DNA of 64,000 nt from positions 2,604,001 to 2,668,000 of the forward strand of contig CP089279.1 in assembly GCA_023920165.1 (NCBI GenBank), given 5' to 3'. Of the stretch, positions 1-11,411 are shown piece by piece (the first letter of the stretch is position 1; every line of letters starts with the position of its first letter). Source of the DNA: Curvularia clavata. Taxonomy: Eukaryota. The position numbers and the translations under genes were made by a program. The notes beneath the pieces were generated by a model, which was not told the origin of the DNA, searched no databases, and saw only the letters and a list, made by a program, of their open reading frames with translations.

Positions 1-3000
1 CCGGCAGCCTTGTTGAGAAGGTCTTGACTGATCTACCGAGCTGATAGGAAACTCTCATGTGTCCAGAAGCAACACGGCAACTAATGCCGGTCTTCATACG
101 TCATACAGCCTAACCCGATGCCTTGACAGAGCTTGAAGCAATTCACAACAGTGAGAAATGCAAGCATTACAGCAACGTGCAGATACAATGACGTAGGGTC
201 CAGGGCTTCAGCGTCCGATTGATAGGTTGAGTTGAAGAAAATCAAAGTACAACAAAAACAAAACATCTAATATTGCGACCTCGGACTGGCTAATCAGAGA
301 GCACACCTCCGCCTCTTGCGTAGTGTATGAAAGTTAGCAGCACACTGATAGTGGTGTGTTGCTGCTGCAGCAACAGCCAAACATTCACATACTGCTCCAC
401 GGCATCGGAATCCAATTTCCCAATCCCGGGCATTGTTTTCGCTTAACTGTGCTTTTATCATCAAACTAGTGTATCTCGTCGCTATACGAAGCGAATCTAT
501 ACACGATGTGCCCCACTCGTACCTTTTCTTCTTATTTCCTCTCTTGGTCCTATTGCATGCTAGCCTTGCGTATGTATGACTGAGCGAAAGAAAGCTAGTA
601 GAGTGGGGAGCCTATACACTTTTTTCTTTTGTGTATACGTACGTATGTACATGTATATTAGAGAAAAAAAAAGGGCAAACGAAAAAACAGGGGTTCTCTT
701 TACATGACGAGTTCCGCGGACGTTTGTCTTCTTGCTCTCTACGCATGTCCAATCTGAGTCTTGCCGGGGCTATGGTATGGATCTCGGGAATTTGAGAATT
801 CCCATGTTTCGGGGCTTCCAAGGGACTTTGCTTGCCACCGATCACGCGCATCCGATTGAAGAAAACACTTTGTGGAGGCGAGGCTCGATCAACGGTATCC
901 GTTCTTTCCGTCTTTCCCGTCCCAGAACCAGATTCAGAACCAAGATCTAGTTCTGGGAAGAGCCACGGAGGCTCCAAAGCTTTACCTCTTTTCTTTTTCT
1001 TTTTTCCCTTTCGCTATGCTATGATACTTTTGAAACGTCGTGCCCACCCTCTCTCTCACACACATACACGTCAATTGTCTGTGCATCAATTTGTCTGTGC
1101 ATGGGTGTCTGTGTGGACTGCGTCTTCTAGCGCTGAAAAGCTGATACCACAGCCGAGAAAAAAGCATGCTCACATGTGCATGCATGTGCAAAAGGAACAG
1201 GGAAAAAGGAAAGTAGGACGAGGGAGCTAGGGTTACCATAGCGTATTTCCCGTCCTCACCATGAACGAAGGAACGGAACGGGTCTAATTTTACTTTTGGG
1301 GGGAATACGGCTTTGCGTTTGCCATCCCCTCCCCCTCCCCCTCGAGTACCCTGAATGAAGGCCCCGTAAGAACAAGGGTCCAAAGGGCCTTTTTTTTTGC
1401 TTCTGCATGCATCTCTCGTATTGGCCTTCGTTTTTCTTAGTAAACTATCTGTTTTGCGTTGCGTTGCGTTGCTTTGTTTGTGGAATCAAGGGAACAGAGG
1501 CGAACTGCCCGTCGATAACCTCTCCAGCATCTGCGCGTCATGCAGGAGGAATCAAAAATCGCCATTATGGAAAGGGCTTGCTTTTTCCTTTCTTTCCTTC
1601 GGTCTCTCGTCTGCGGAAGCTTTTTGGCTCCCGCTCTCGCTACCACTATCTGTGGACTATTGTAAGGAGGTTTAGTGCATAAGCGCGCGGAATAGTCAAG
1701 AGGCGAAGCGAGGCGAGGAGCGAAAATGTGGGTAATGAGGCTGGGTGAGGCGAGATAGAAGTGAGTGGTGGCGAGTTTGGAATGCCGATATGGTACGGTG
1801 TGATATGCTGTTTTTAGGTATGGGCTTGTGAATTGGCATGCATGGGACGAAATTTGAGGGCTTCTGGATTGCTTGAGTTGGTGGGTCTGGCGAGAGGTTG
1901 GGGTGGGAGTGTGATGTGGAATTTGGGGATTTTCGGTTGAATTTAATGAGAAGGGGGTGATGGGTAGATGGTGGCCTTTTGGAGTAGTGAGTGTGGAAGA
2001 AAGGTACTGTTTGCCGGCTCTGAAAGCATGATGAAGCTGTTGTGTTGACATAATTGTTGCTTTCGACACGGTCACAGATTAGGCAGTGTTCCTGATTCAG
2101 TGGCTTCGTTGCGCTATCGACTCCCCTTCTCGTAGGAGACCAAGTCTGGACCTGAAGAAAGCAGCATGGATGAAATAGAAAGGCGTTGTGTATTCACAAG
2201 AAAATCAGGTGAGGAAGTTGCATGTCCTGATTGTCATCATGTTCCCGATGACCAGCGGGAATGAAAAACCCTTGTAGCGGTGCGTGGTGATCCAGTTCTA
2301 CGATTTGTAAAAGTTGAAGATGTTGTTCTACATAATCATCTCATTCGAATTCTCAACCCCTCATCGTGTGTTTTCGACTTGTAATCTTTGCCATTGCAAC
2401 ACTGTAAATATGTTCATAATGAGAGTCCCAAAAATAATGATTATGACTTCCAGGATATCACGTTGAAGCTCACTGCCGTGAAATAGCACATATCGTGCTT
2501 GTAAAAATGCTATTTGGTCTTTAATTTTATCAACCCCCCGTTGTGAGTGGGAAGGTATGAATCAGTGAGAAGTAACATGAAGAATTGTGCCGAAATTGCC
2601 CATGAGGCCATAAAAATCTCTTTCAATTGTATTAAAGGTGTCGAACGGAAAGATGTGAGCATGTGCAATGAGCAGTTTTCTTATACAGCCACCTGCCAGA
2701 TTGTTTCAAGGGTTTCCTTCACTGATAACGGCCGTATTTTTCTTTGCAAGCTGGTCACATTATCAGCCAGAGAGAACTGATGATTTTGCTACGACCCTCC
2801 AACTGCAGTATCTTAGTCACAGATCGTATGACCCAATTTCTTTTCTTGCACACAATCTACCTCAGATCCGTCTGATGAGAGATGAGAGTTTCAAAATCGC
2901 CAAAGCAATCCTACCTCCGTTCCCAACTAGCCGAACAAAACTTACACCAACACACCTCTCTCCGTCCCACCCACCGACACCAAGTCCTCGGAGCTTACCG

Positions 3001-4105
3001 TTCACCAAGTATAGCGTCTCCGATGTAAGACACGAATCGGAGTTCACGGCCTACACCTTACACAAGCTCAGCACTCCATTCAAGCCTCTTCTCGGCCGTA
3101 CCACCGCGCCTAACAGCTCCACTAGCGTCTATAACACAGGTCCAATAGAGAAATAAAGGAAGAAACGCCTCATGAATCAATTGAGATGGCGGCAGAGACC
3201 ACGTAGCACGGGGTCAATATGTAAGACTGGGATTCAAAATCGCTGAGAAATGAGGCAACGACAGGCGGTGGGCTGATTATTCTACTGGAAGTAGTGAAAC
3301 TTGCGGCCTTTACCTTCGCTTTAGGCAGTGCGGGTAGTACAGAGTACTTCGTGTTGGGTTGGGGGTCGGTTGCACAAGGTATAATAGGTGATGGAATTGC
3401 GGAGGAGGCCGATACGCTGGGTTGATTGTGTGTAAACACGGAACCTGAGAATGAGAAAAGGAAGAGGAGTTGATTTCTTTGTTTGTAAGAGCGCGACTGA
3501 TGTGAAGTGGGTAGTATCGAGGCACTGACCTAATTTAATACTCCTATTAGGTGGATACTGTTGGCGCCTTCGAGCGACCATGACAAATTTCACACGGCAT
3601 CTTGTCTATGTGCATCTAGTTTGTAAGTGTACAGAACAACATCTTTGTAAAGTTCGTACTGACTACACATGTACGATGGGGACTAAGTATCTATCGCATG
3701 TTGGCCACTGATCACGTGAGGTTCAAGTACGTCTATTCCTCGTGCTGCATAAAAGTTGACTAAATGATGTACGAGCCAATCGTAAAGCTACCAACGGTAC
3801 CATAGAATGTCGCCTCTTGTTTACACACCCTGCATTATCAACACCTTTAATGACCTCGGAGACATTTCATCGCCGGATATCGGGACCGGAGACTTTTAGA
3901 AGCAAGGCCACCACAATTCGGTACCAATCACAAACGATGCTGAAATGAGCTTCCATCTAGGGATAACGCTATTCGTACCAGGAATCTTCTCGTGCCTATA
4001 TCGAAGCCAGTATATGTAGCATACGCTTCACTCCAGCAGAGACTCACTGGCTATACTTTCAACTACCCGCCCAACCCCACCTTTGCATCACCCAGACCCA
4101 TCGTC

Positions 4106-4584
4106 ATGACCGACTCGCAACGCACCAAGCCCTCTTTACCCAATTTTGATCCAGAAAATTGTCAAACCTATGCAGCAAGTTGCCACTGCGGTATCGTACA
4201 GTACTCTGTTATTCTCTCACCACCGCTGCCCCAATGGAAGGTCGTATCGTGCAACTGCAGCATCTGCACACGCCACGGCTACCTGCTAGTGTATCCCAAT
4301 CGGTCGCAGCTACACATTAAGAGCGGTGAAGACATGTTAAGGGAATATTCCTTCGGACCCAAGAGGAACTTACACAAGTTTTGCGGGAAATGTGGAAGTG
4401 CCGTCTTCTTTGACCCGAGGATGCGGGAGTTTGGAGAGACGGAGCTTGACTTGTTGGGCATGAATGTAGGCCATTTGTTTGTTGAATTGGGTATCAGAGT
4501 ATAGGTGCTAAAATTTCACAGGTTCGCATGTTCCATGATGTCAACACGAGGGAATTAGAAATTGTGTTCGTGGATAATAAATAG
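4106..4584 (+). CDS. GFA/CENP-V (Mss4-like) zinc-binding protein, 2 exons
   Basis: ASCHCG, CNCSIC and FCGKCG motifs. GT-AG intron 4466-4521 restores the typical NVR continuation; stop at 4582-4584. Confidence 0.85.
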
Positions 4585-4863
4585 TAGATGGAAGGTTGAA
4601 ACGTCAAGCTGACGAGAAGGGAATTGAATCGCAGTCATTTTGAGACATAGAGGACCTAAAAAATTATTCCCGTACACGTTGTGTGTTGACTTTTTAATGC
4701 CATAGATTCAGATATGTAGTTGTTGGGGATGGCGTCGCCCACGAAGTCGAGGTGTGCATGAGCGCCAAGCCTCTAAAGTTGAGCCTCGGTGAACTAATCC
4801 CTGTCAGCAGGTCCAGATATGTCGAAACCATCCCCAACTAACGTCGCAATTGCGAATATCGAA

Positions 4864-5855
4864 ATGTCTCGAGCGCGTATTCTCCTCAATCGCACTCCCT
4901 TCACGGCATCATGCCGCGCCTCCCGCCAATTCACTCGCTCCTCTCGCAATGCCCCAGCCCTTGAGCTTCCCCTCCAATCCCGCATCCGCTGGTCCTACCT
5001 CTGGTATGCCAGCATTCTCGCCCTAGGAATAACAACCGGCCTAGGTGCCCGCCACTTTGCCGCGCCCCTTGGACTGCCTGAGCCCGGCACGCCAGACGAC
5101 GATCTAATTCTTGATTCCCTCAGCCACGACGCTGATGCTCTCGAGATTGTGCAGTCGCTCCGCTCTCAATCATACAACCTCCATACCGACACTGCACTGC
5201 GGTCCGGCCCAGGATTGACATCTAAACCTGTCCCTGGAAGCCGGAAGATATCCGCGTACAAAGGATGGCTGGAGCTGGATTTGGACTTTGGGCGAGAACA
5301 AGAAGGAAAGAAGGGAATTCTGGGGGTCATGAGCGGGGCAAGGGGACTAGGGGTCCAAAGGGCATTTTGGAACGCAGAGACAAGAGAGATGGTGGCAGTG
5401 GTATGGATTGGAGGTGGCCTAAGTGGTTGGCCGGGGGTTGCGCACGGAGGTGCTATTGCGACTATCTTCGAGGAGATCTTTGCAAGGATGGTAAGCGGGC
5501 CGGATGGGGTTGTTGGTAAGTACATCAATGCAATTGCACACATACCAGCATCATCCACTAACAAGGATATATAGAGCCAGTTCACCGCCCTGACTCGCTC
5601 TCGTTAACCTACGCGAAACCTACGCACAGCCTCGATTTCTATGTCCTTCGCGCGGCTTTCTCGAAACCAAATCTCTCGCAGACTGAACCGCCGCCCGAGC
5701 CTGAGTCCGAACCTACAAAGAGCTGGTTGGCGTGGCTGTCGCCGAAGAAAGATCTTACTAAGAAGCCACAGGCTTCTAAGGAAGAAATTATCGGGACGCT
5801 AGAAAGCATGAGGGGAGATTTGTGTGTCAAGGCCAAAGGCACGTTCGGGAGCTGA
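4864..5855 (+). CDS. Hot-dog fold thioesterase-like protein, probable mitochondrial presequence plus TM segment
   Basis: LSGWPGVAHGGAIATIFEE motif, Arg-rich N-terminus and hydrophobic segment. Intron 5516-5574, then exon LSLTYAKPT...KAKGTFGS*. An upstream in-frame ATG at 4819 is possible. Confidence 0.75.
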
Positions 5856-6419
5856 TGAGTCGATTGAAGGGGATGGTAGAACAAGTACGAGTGCAGAGTC
5901 GGTCGGTTTGATGTGCATGATAAGATACCCATGAGCTAAAGGCGAGTTTCGAAATGCACTTGCCTCGTATTCCACTCTGTGTGTTGGACTTTTGAGTCCG
6001 ATCTTTGGGTTTCATGCGGCATCACATTGCATCTCGCATGCGTTCTTTGAGGCTTTCATTCGCGTACCTTTGCCGGGTGACTCTAGCACAGTGGTCGCCT
6101 CGAGAGCAATCTGAAGAAGTGTCTCCCCAGCAACAAAAGGCTATTACTCTCGTAGACCTTCTTTCATCTAAGACCGCCCTAGTCTACGTTTAACGCCGTC
6201 CCCCAGCATACCACTTCAGTCTGCGTCTAGTCTGCTAGCTTTCCAATGTTACTCACTGAGCCTCATCAACATACCAAAGCGCTTCGGTATACGACCACTC
6301 TGTCAAACAACGACGACGGAATCCGTATATCTTCGCACGTAGATCGCTCTTAGCCTAGGACCTCTCAAAGATTCCGTACTCGGTTCAGCAAATTGGAAAG
6401 TCTGCGAAGAGAGAAACAG

Positions 6420-6701
6420 TCAAGTCCCCTGTGGGTCTCCCACCCACCGATCGGGATGGTCGCCGCTCCTGTGCGGTATAAGGGGTTTCGACAACGAAGA
6501 CCAGATCGGATGGAAGGAGGCGAGTAGCAGAGCAATGAGTAGAACAGAGATCAAACTCTGGGGAAGAGGAATTGGAGACGTGGAGTCGAGACTGGGATAG
6601 GACGGAGTAACATCATAATTTTGTGAAAGATGGGGGAGAATGATGGGACGTGATAGTTGTATAGTAGAAATGTCAGAAGTCGTGGTCTGATCAATAGCCA
6701 T
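6420..6701 (-). CDS. Possible small single-TM hypothetical protein
   Basis: ORF with one hydrophobic stretch (LISVLLIALLLASF). A possible intron near 6403-6447 would change the C-terminus. No family recognised. Confidence 0.25.
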   Translation of the reverse strand: MAIDQTTTSDISTIQLSRPIILPHLSQNYDVTPSYPSLDSTSPIPLPQSLISVLLIALLLASFHPIWSSLSKPLIPHRSGDHPDRWVGDPQGT

Positions 6702-7118
6702 TGTAAGATGTTTGATTGGGTGAGCGAAGTAGCGATAGGGTGAGGGACGAAGAAGCTGCATAGCAGTTGAGTTTTCTCCGATTTTTACTTTATTTGGACC
6801 CGATGCTGCACGGTATGAAGCCCATATATTTCATGTTTTGAGCGTGTTCATAGCCAAAGAAACATGATATCTGGGTTCGTTTTCTTCAACATGATCGTGG
6901 TCATATTGGGGACGACTCTGTCTTTGGTTGAACCGACTGAACATGTTATGCCAGCAAGATACACGAGCAATGGGTGCAGTTGACAGCTGTGGACCCATGC
7001 TGTGTCGAAAGTACGCATTTTTTCAAAGACGCCATCAGCCACATCGAGGCATACAAACATCGCTGCAACATCATAATGAGTACTCGTTCCATATATTACA
7101 GGCAATGGCATTCTATGC

Positions 7119-7855
7119 TCAATGCTTCTTCGCTTCCTTCGCTCTCCTTTTCTCCTCAATCAATGCATCCAGCCGCCAGAACGCTGTGATGCCCTCTACA
7201 AAGCAAGTACCCACCCATTTCCACCAAACCGCGTCCAAAAACGTACAGCCATGTTTCGCCATCTTCTTTACCATAATGACAGTTTCGATCGAATGAATTG
7301 CTATCATCATCATAAAGATAAGTAATCCATACTTTGCCGCGAAGTTCGCGAGCCAAGGCACCATAAACAGCACATGATCATACAGCAGGGAGCCAGGCCG
7401 CCAATTCGCTGCTCTGGGTAGCAATACAAACGCCAGCAGAGCCTGGGTGAAATTCCACAAGTGACCAGGGCGCGCCGACGCAGGCACGAACTTGGTGATT
7501 GTAATGTCGCTGCGGCCCAGCGTCTGCAGCGCGTCGCTATCCATTTTAACTAGTCGCTCGCGTGCCTCTCGCAGCGTCTTCATGGGCGGATCTAGCCCGA
7601 TGACGGCTTGTTGGCCACCACAGCTAAAAACCATTTTGTCGAGATCAATGTCGACCATTTGCGCGTCGCGGCTTTGGAACATGGAGCGTGCGGCGTAGGC
7701 TTCGACGTATCGGCGGATCTGCGGTCGGATATCAGAAACGTTATTCGAATATGACCATGTTCAGTACGCTCACGTACAGAGTCGTGGTGATCTGCGTTCA
7801 TGTGCTTGATGATTCGCTGCTTAGTAGCTCCATCGGTGGCTTCTTTGGTCGCCAT
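7119..7855 (-). CDS. DUF2470-like domain plus membrane segments, 2 exons
   Basis: RIIKHMNADHHDS motif, intron 7719-7777, then IDLDKM...AREARERLVKM and C-terminal TM helices. Confidence 0.8.
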
Positions 7856-8743
7856 TGTGACGTTAGTACTGGTGTTAGCAGGACTCTGGGCTTGAGAATT
7901 GCCAATTGAGCACTCTCGTGGTGTTGAGCAGAGAGTACCAGGACTGCGGTGTACCGGCGCTCATCGGCCCGGCCATAGCGGAATGAGCGTGCCGCGCCCG
8001 CGGGTGGGAACTGGGGGACGTCCGACGTTCTCACTAGCATCTAGCACAACGCCTCCCGCCTACACCTAGGAATTATCATTTGTCTGTCTGCTCTAGATGT
8101 TACATGCTCTCGTGTGCACGCTGTTCGAACGGGAAAACGCTGCATGACCGTGCAACCTTGGCGCTTGTATGTACGAGACGGACGGAACGGTAAACGCCGC
8201 CTCCTGTCAGTCGATGGCAAGGTGTGCCGATCGATCGCATTAGACTGACGCGTTGGTTGACTTCATAGACATTTGGTCCCAGAATGTGCAATACAGGGCG
8301 GCGGAGGTTGGAACGCGCATTGGACTGGCCACGCTGGCCGGATACATTCTAGGCCCAGGATCCGGACGGCAAAAAGTCCTTTCAGCTGTTCCAACCAGGC
8401 AGGGATAGCGTCCGGTTTTTGGCTGGGTTACAAGTCGCCTAGGCTGTGATGGTGGGGTGACCGTAGACAGCGCCACATAGTGCGTCAGAGTGCATGCGAG
8501 GTGGGTCGGGCGCAGCAAGGGTAGCAAGTACCTGGGAGCTTCAAACCGGTTCCAGTTGCTATGCTGGCTTTCTCTTATTAACGAATTGCTTCCGTGGTCC
8601 TGGATTTCTGACTGATATTTTTTTTCCAAGAGGCTACTACTCAGCGCGTGACGATTGATTGATTTCCGCGCGCATACATCACCAACAGTTCAAACCAGGC
8701 CCACTACATTTTCCTCTGAGACGTATACCAGCATACACACACC

Positions 8744-9504
8744 ATGGCGGACACAGTTGAGGAGAGCAAGCAATCCATCTCTGGAGAGGGACAGGCTGAT
8801 GCCAACGCTTCGCTAGGAGCAAAGGGCAGTGCGGAATCATCGAGTAAGAAAACCGAAAGGAAGACGCCGAAGAAGTTGGGCGGAAAGAAGCCTCAACAGC
8901 AGCCCACTCCTGACGCCACTCCTGCCCCTGATAGCGATGGCGAAGGGAACGCTGAGCAAGAGGACGCAGGATCAAAGAAACAAACCAACGGCGATGCCGA
9001 CAATGACTCCGACGAACCCCAGCCAGAAAAGTCAAAGTCGCAATCCCGGCGCCGCCAGTCTCGTGGCCGCGGCCGACGAGGCGCAGACTCTGGCGCCGAG
9101 TCTGATGCCCGATCAGACGTCTCGCAATCCGGAGGCCGTCGCAACCGCCAGCGCCAGAAGAAGGGCGGAAAGGGAGGCCCGCTCGACGACATTTCCGAGA
9201 ACATCCCTGGCGGAGAGCTTGTCAGCGGAGCTGGCGACATGGTCCAGAACACTGCTGGCAAGGCCGTTGGCTCCGTTGGCGACACAGCTGGCAAGGCTCT
9301 TGGAGGCCTGACTGGCGGCTCAAAGGATGACGACGGCGGAAAGGATGGCGGCGAGCAGCTGCGACTGCGACTGGAACTCAACCTCGACATTGAGATTCAG
9401 CTCAAGGCTAAGATTCACGGTGATCTTACGCTTGGATTGCTGTATGTTGCAATCATATTTAGTCTCGTGAACTCTGATACTGACGTTTGCTCAACAGTAA
9501 CTAA
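8744..9504 (+). CDS. Hydrophilic/disordered protein with C-terminal LRLRLELNLDIEIQLKAKIHGDLTLGLLN motif (paralog 1)
   Basis: Long GC3-biased ORF. Intron 9442-9497 (GTATGT...CTGAC...CAG) gives a terminal ...GLLN*; the ORF-track tail beyond 9441 is intron/UTR. Confidence 0.8.
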
Positions 9505-9860
9505 ACTTGTCACGACGACTAATGCACGGCATGTATCGACTGTTGTTAATTGGACATTTGGAAGGCGTTTGACTGGGAGTTTCGCATACAGTGCCCCCCC
9601 TTGTACCTATTCTCGGTGTATACGAGCATCCTATACAATGAATTGCATATTGAATATTTCTTCCTTTTCATGTTTGCTCGTTGCTGGTAGTAATTTTACA
9701 GTAGTGCAGCTATGTCCTGTTGTTGCTCTCGTGAGTGAAGCCTAATCAAAGCCTTGCATTGACTTCTCCCGAGCTATGCATAATCCCTTTCTGAATGAAG
9801 CTGTAACGCCGTACTCGACAAAAGGAATACAGTGCGACCAAGACGGGACGCGCTGTACAA

Positions 9861-10210
9861 TGACGTCATAGGTCGTAAAGACAGAAATCAAAAAAGGACG
9901 CGCGGAGATGCAGGACACACCCCAGTTGGATTGCATCATCCAGACCTGGAATCATGACAATCCTACAGGGAAGCGTCCTGAAGCTCTGGATCCAGCAAAG
10001 GTTGTCCGTCAAATGTTGGCAAGGCTCTTGCGTGTGTTGTCGTCAGCTGCGTGAGGGATAGAAGAAGAAGCAACGATTTGCAGGCGCGATACACGTAAAA
10101 CCGTACTATGGGGAACAACGTTTGGCGTGCGGCCGTCATGACCCGGGGCGATGACAGGAGCTGAGGCTGATGTGGAGACATGCACTTGGCCTGATCCGAC
10201 ATTGACGTCA
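9861..10210. promoter_or_regulatory. Two perfect CRE palindromes (TGACGTCA), candidate Atf1/AtfA sites
   Basis: TGACGTCA at 9861-9868 and 10203-10210, upstream of the 10691 gene. Confidence 0.4.
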
Positions 10211-10525
10211 GATGGTGTGGGCTGGGGCGACGGAAACGGACACACGGACTAGGATGCAAGCTTGGTTACGGCGTCGCCTAGGCGGTGGCCACGGGCTGCT
10301 GGCATGTCCCAGAGTGGCTGGTTGTAATAATCTTGTTTTTTGGGAAGCGAATGTAGCTTTTTTTGCTGCAGCGTCCGGCCGTGGCTGGGGCGTGGGCAGG
10401 GCCATGCGTTGGTGTGGATGCATGCATGGGGCGGGGCGGGAATTGTCTCTCTCCACTTGTTACCTTGGACCATAGAGATGCGAGACCTTGATTCTCGACT
10501 TGCAAGCTGTGCTGGAGCCCTTTTG

Positions 10526-10544
10526 CCCCCCCCCCCCCCCCCCC
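10526..10544 (+). repeat. Poly-C19 tract
   Basis: 19 consecutive C in the promoter of the 10691 gene. Confidence 0.9.
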
Positions 10545-10690
10545 GTTCCTTGAATCATCTGACATAGCTATCCTTTGCTCTTTTGTGTTTTTCCCTCCAT
10601 TCTTCGATTGCAAACACCTACACCTAGCCCTCTCCCCCTACTCCCCCTCTTTCTTACATCCCTTGCATGATTGCAAGGATACCCGACGAC

Positions 10691-11411
10691 ATGGCGGACA
10701 AGAACCAAAGCGACAATGACGACTACGAGAACCAGCCGCACGAGCGGTCGACCATGGCCCAGCAGAAAGCCATCAACAAGCAGAAACAAGAGCGACGCGA
10801 GGCTGGCCTACAATCCGCACGCTCTCGCTCATCGTCGCGCCGCGCCCGCCGCGCCCGGCTCGAGGAAGACAAGAAGAACGGAAAGTACATGTTCACGACG
10901 CCGCTAGAGGTACTCGAGGAAGCCGATGCCAACGGTGATCTTCAGAAGATGGGCATGTTTGAGCGTATTGGCCCCGATAGCACATCCATGGACGGACCCG
11001 TCACGTATGCTCGTGCCATGCGAGGCGAAATTCCTATGCGCGGCACCAACCCCAACGAGCCCTTCCGCATGGAGCCGCAGAAGGGCGGCAGCGAGCTGAG
11101 AGATCAGGACGGATTAAAGTTGACGCTCGAGGCCAACCTGGAGATTGAGATTGAGCTCAAAGCGAGTATTCGCGGTGACTTGACCTTGAGTTTGTAGTAA
11201 GTTCCTTCTCTTTTCCTTCCTTTTTCGTCTCCTCACTTGCCATGTCCCTCTCCCTCCTGCAACCCTTCACCCCACCTTTTCGCTTACACGAGAGCCTTGT
11301 ACACCGCATGTACACGACTACCCGCAAGCAAAAGCCGCAGAAACGTCTCGTTACGACCCACCAAAGCATTTGGCGAAGAAAATGCTAATTGGCCTTGTCA
11401 ACAGCCAATAA
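10691..11411 (+). CDS. Hydrophilic protein with C-terminal LKLTLEANLEIEIELKASIRGDLTLSL motif (paralog 2)
   Basis: ORF from MADKNQS. Likely intron 11197-11404 (GTAAGT...GCTAAT...CAG) gives ...SLYQ*; unspliced it stops at 11197. Confidence 0.8.

Noticed and set aside
1..3600. Several 60-212 aa ORFs (e.g. 612-977, 1437-2075, 2668-3156, 3170-3593)
   Set aside because: No recognisable motifs or consistent exon model; interspersed with A/T homopolymers and microsatellites. A lineage-specific gene cannot be excluded.
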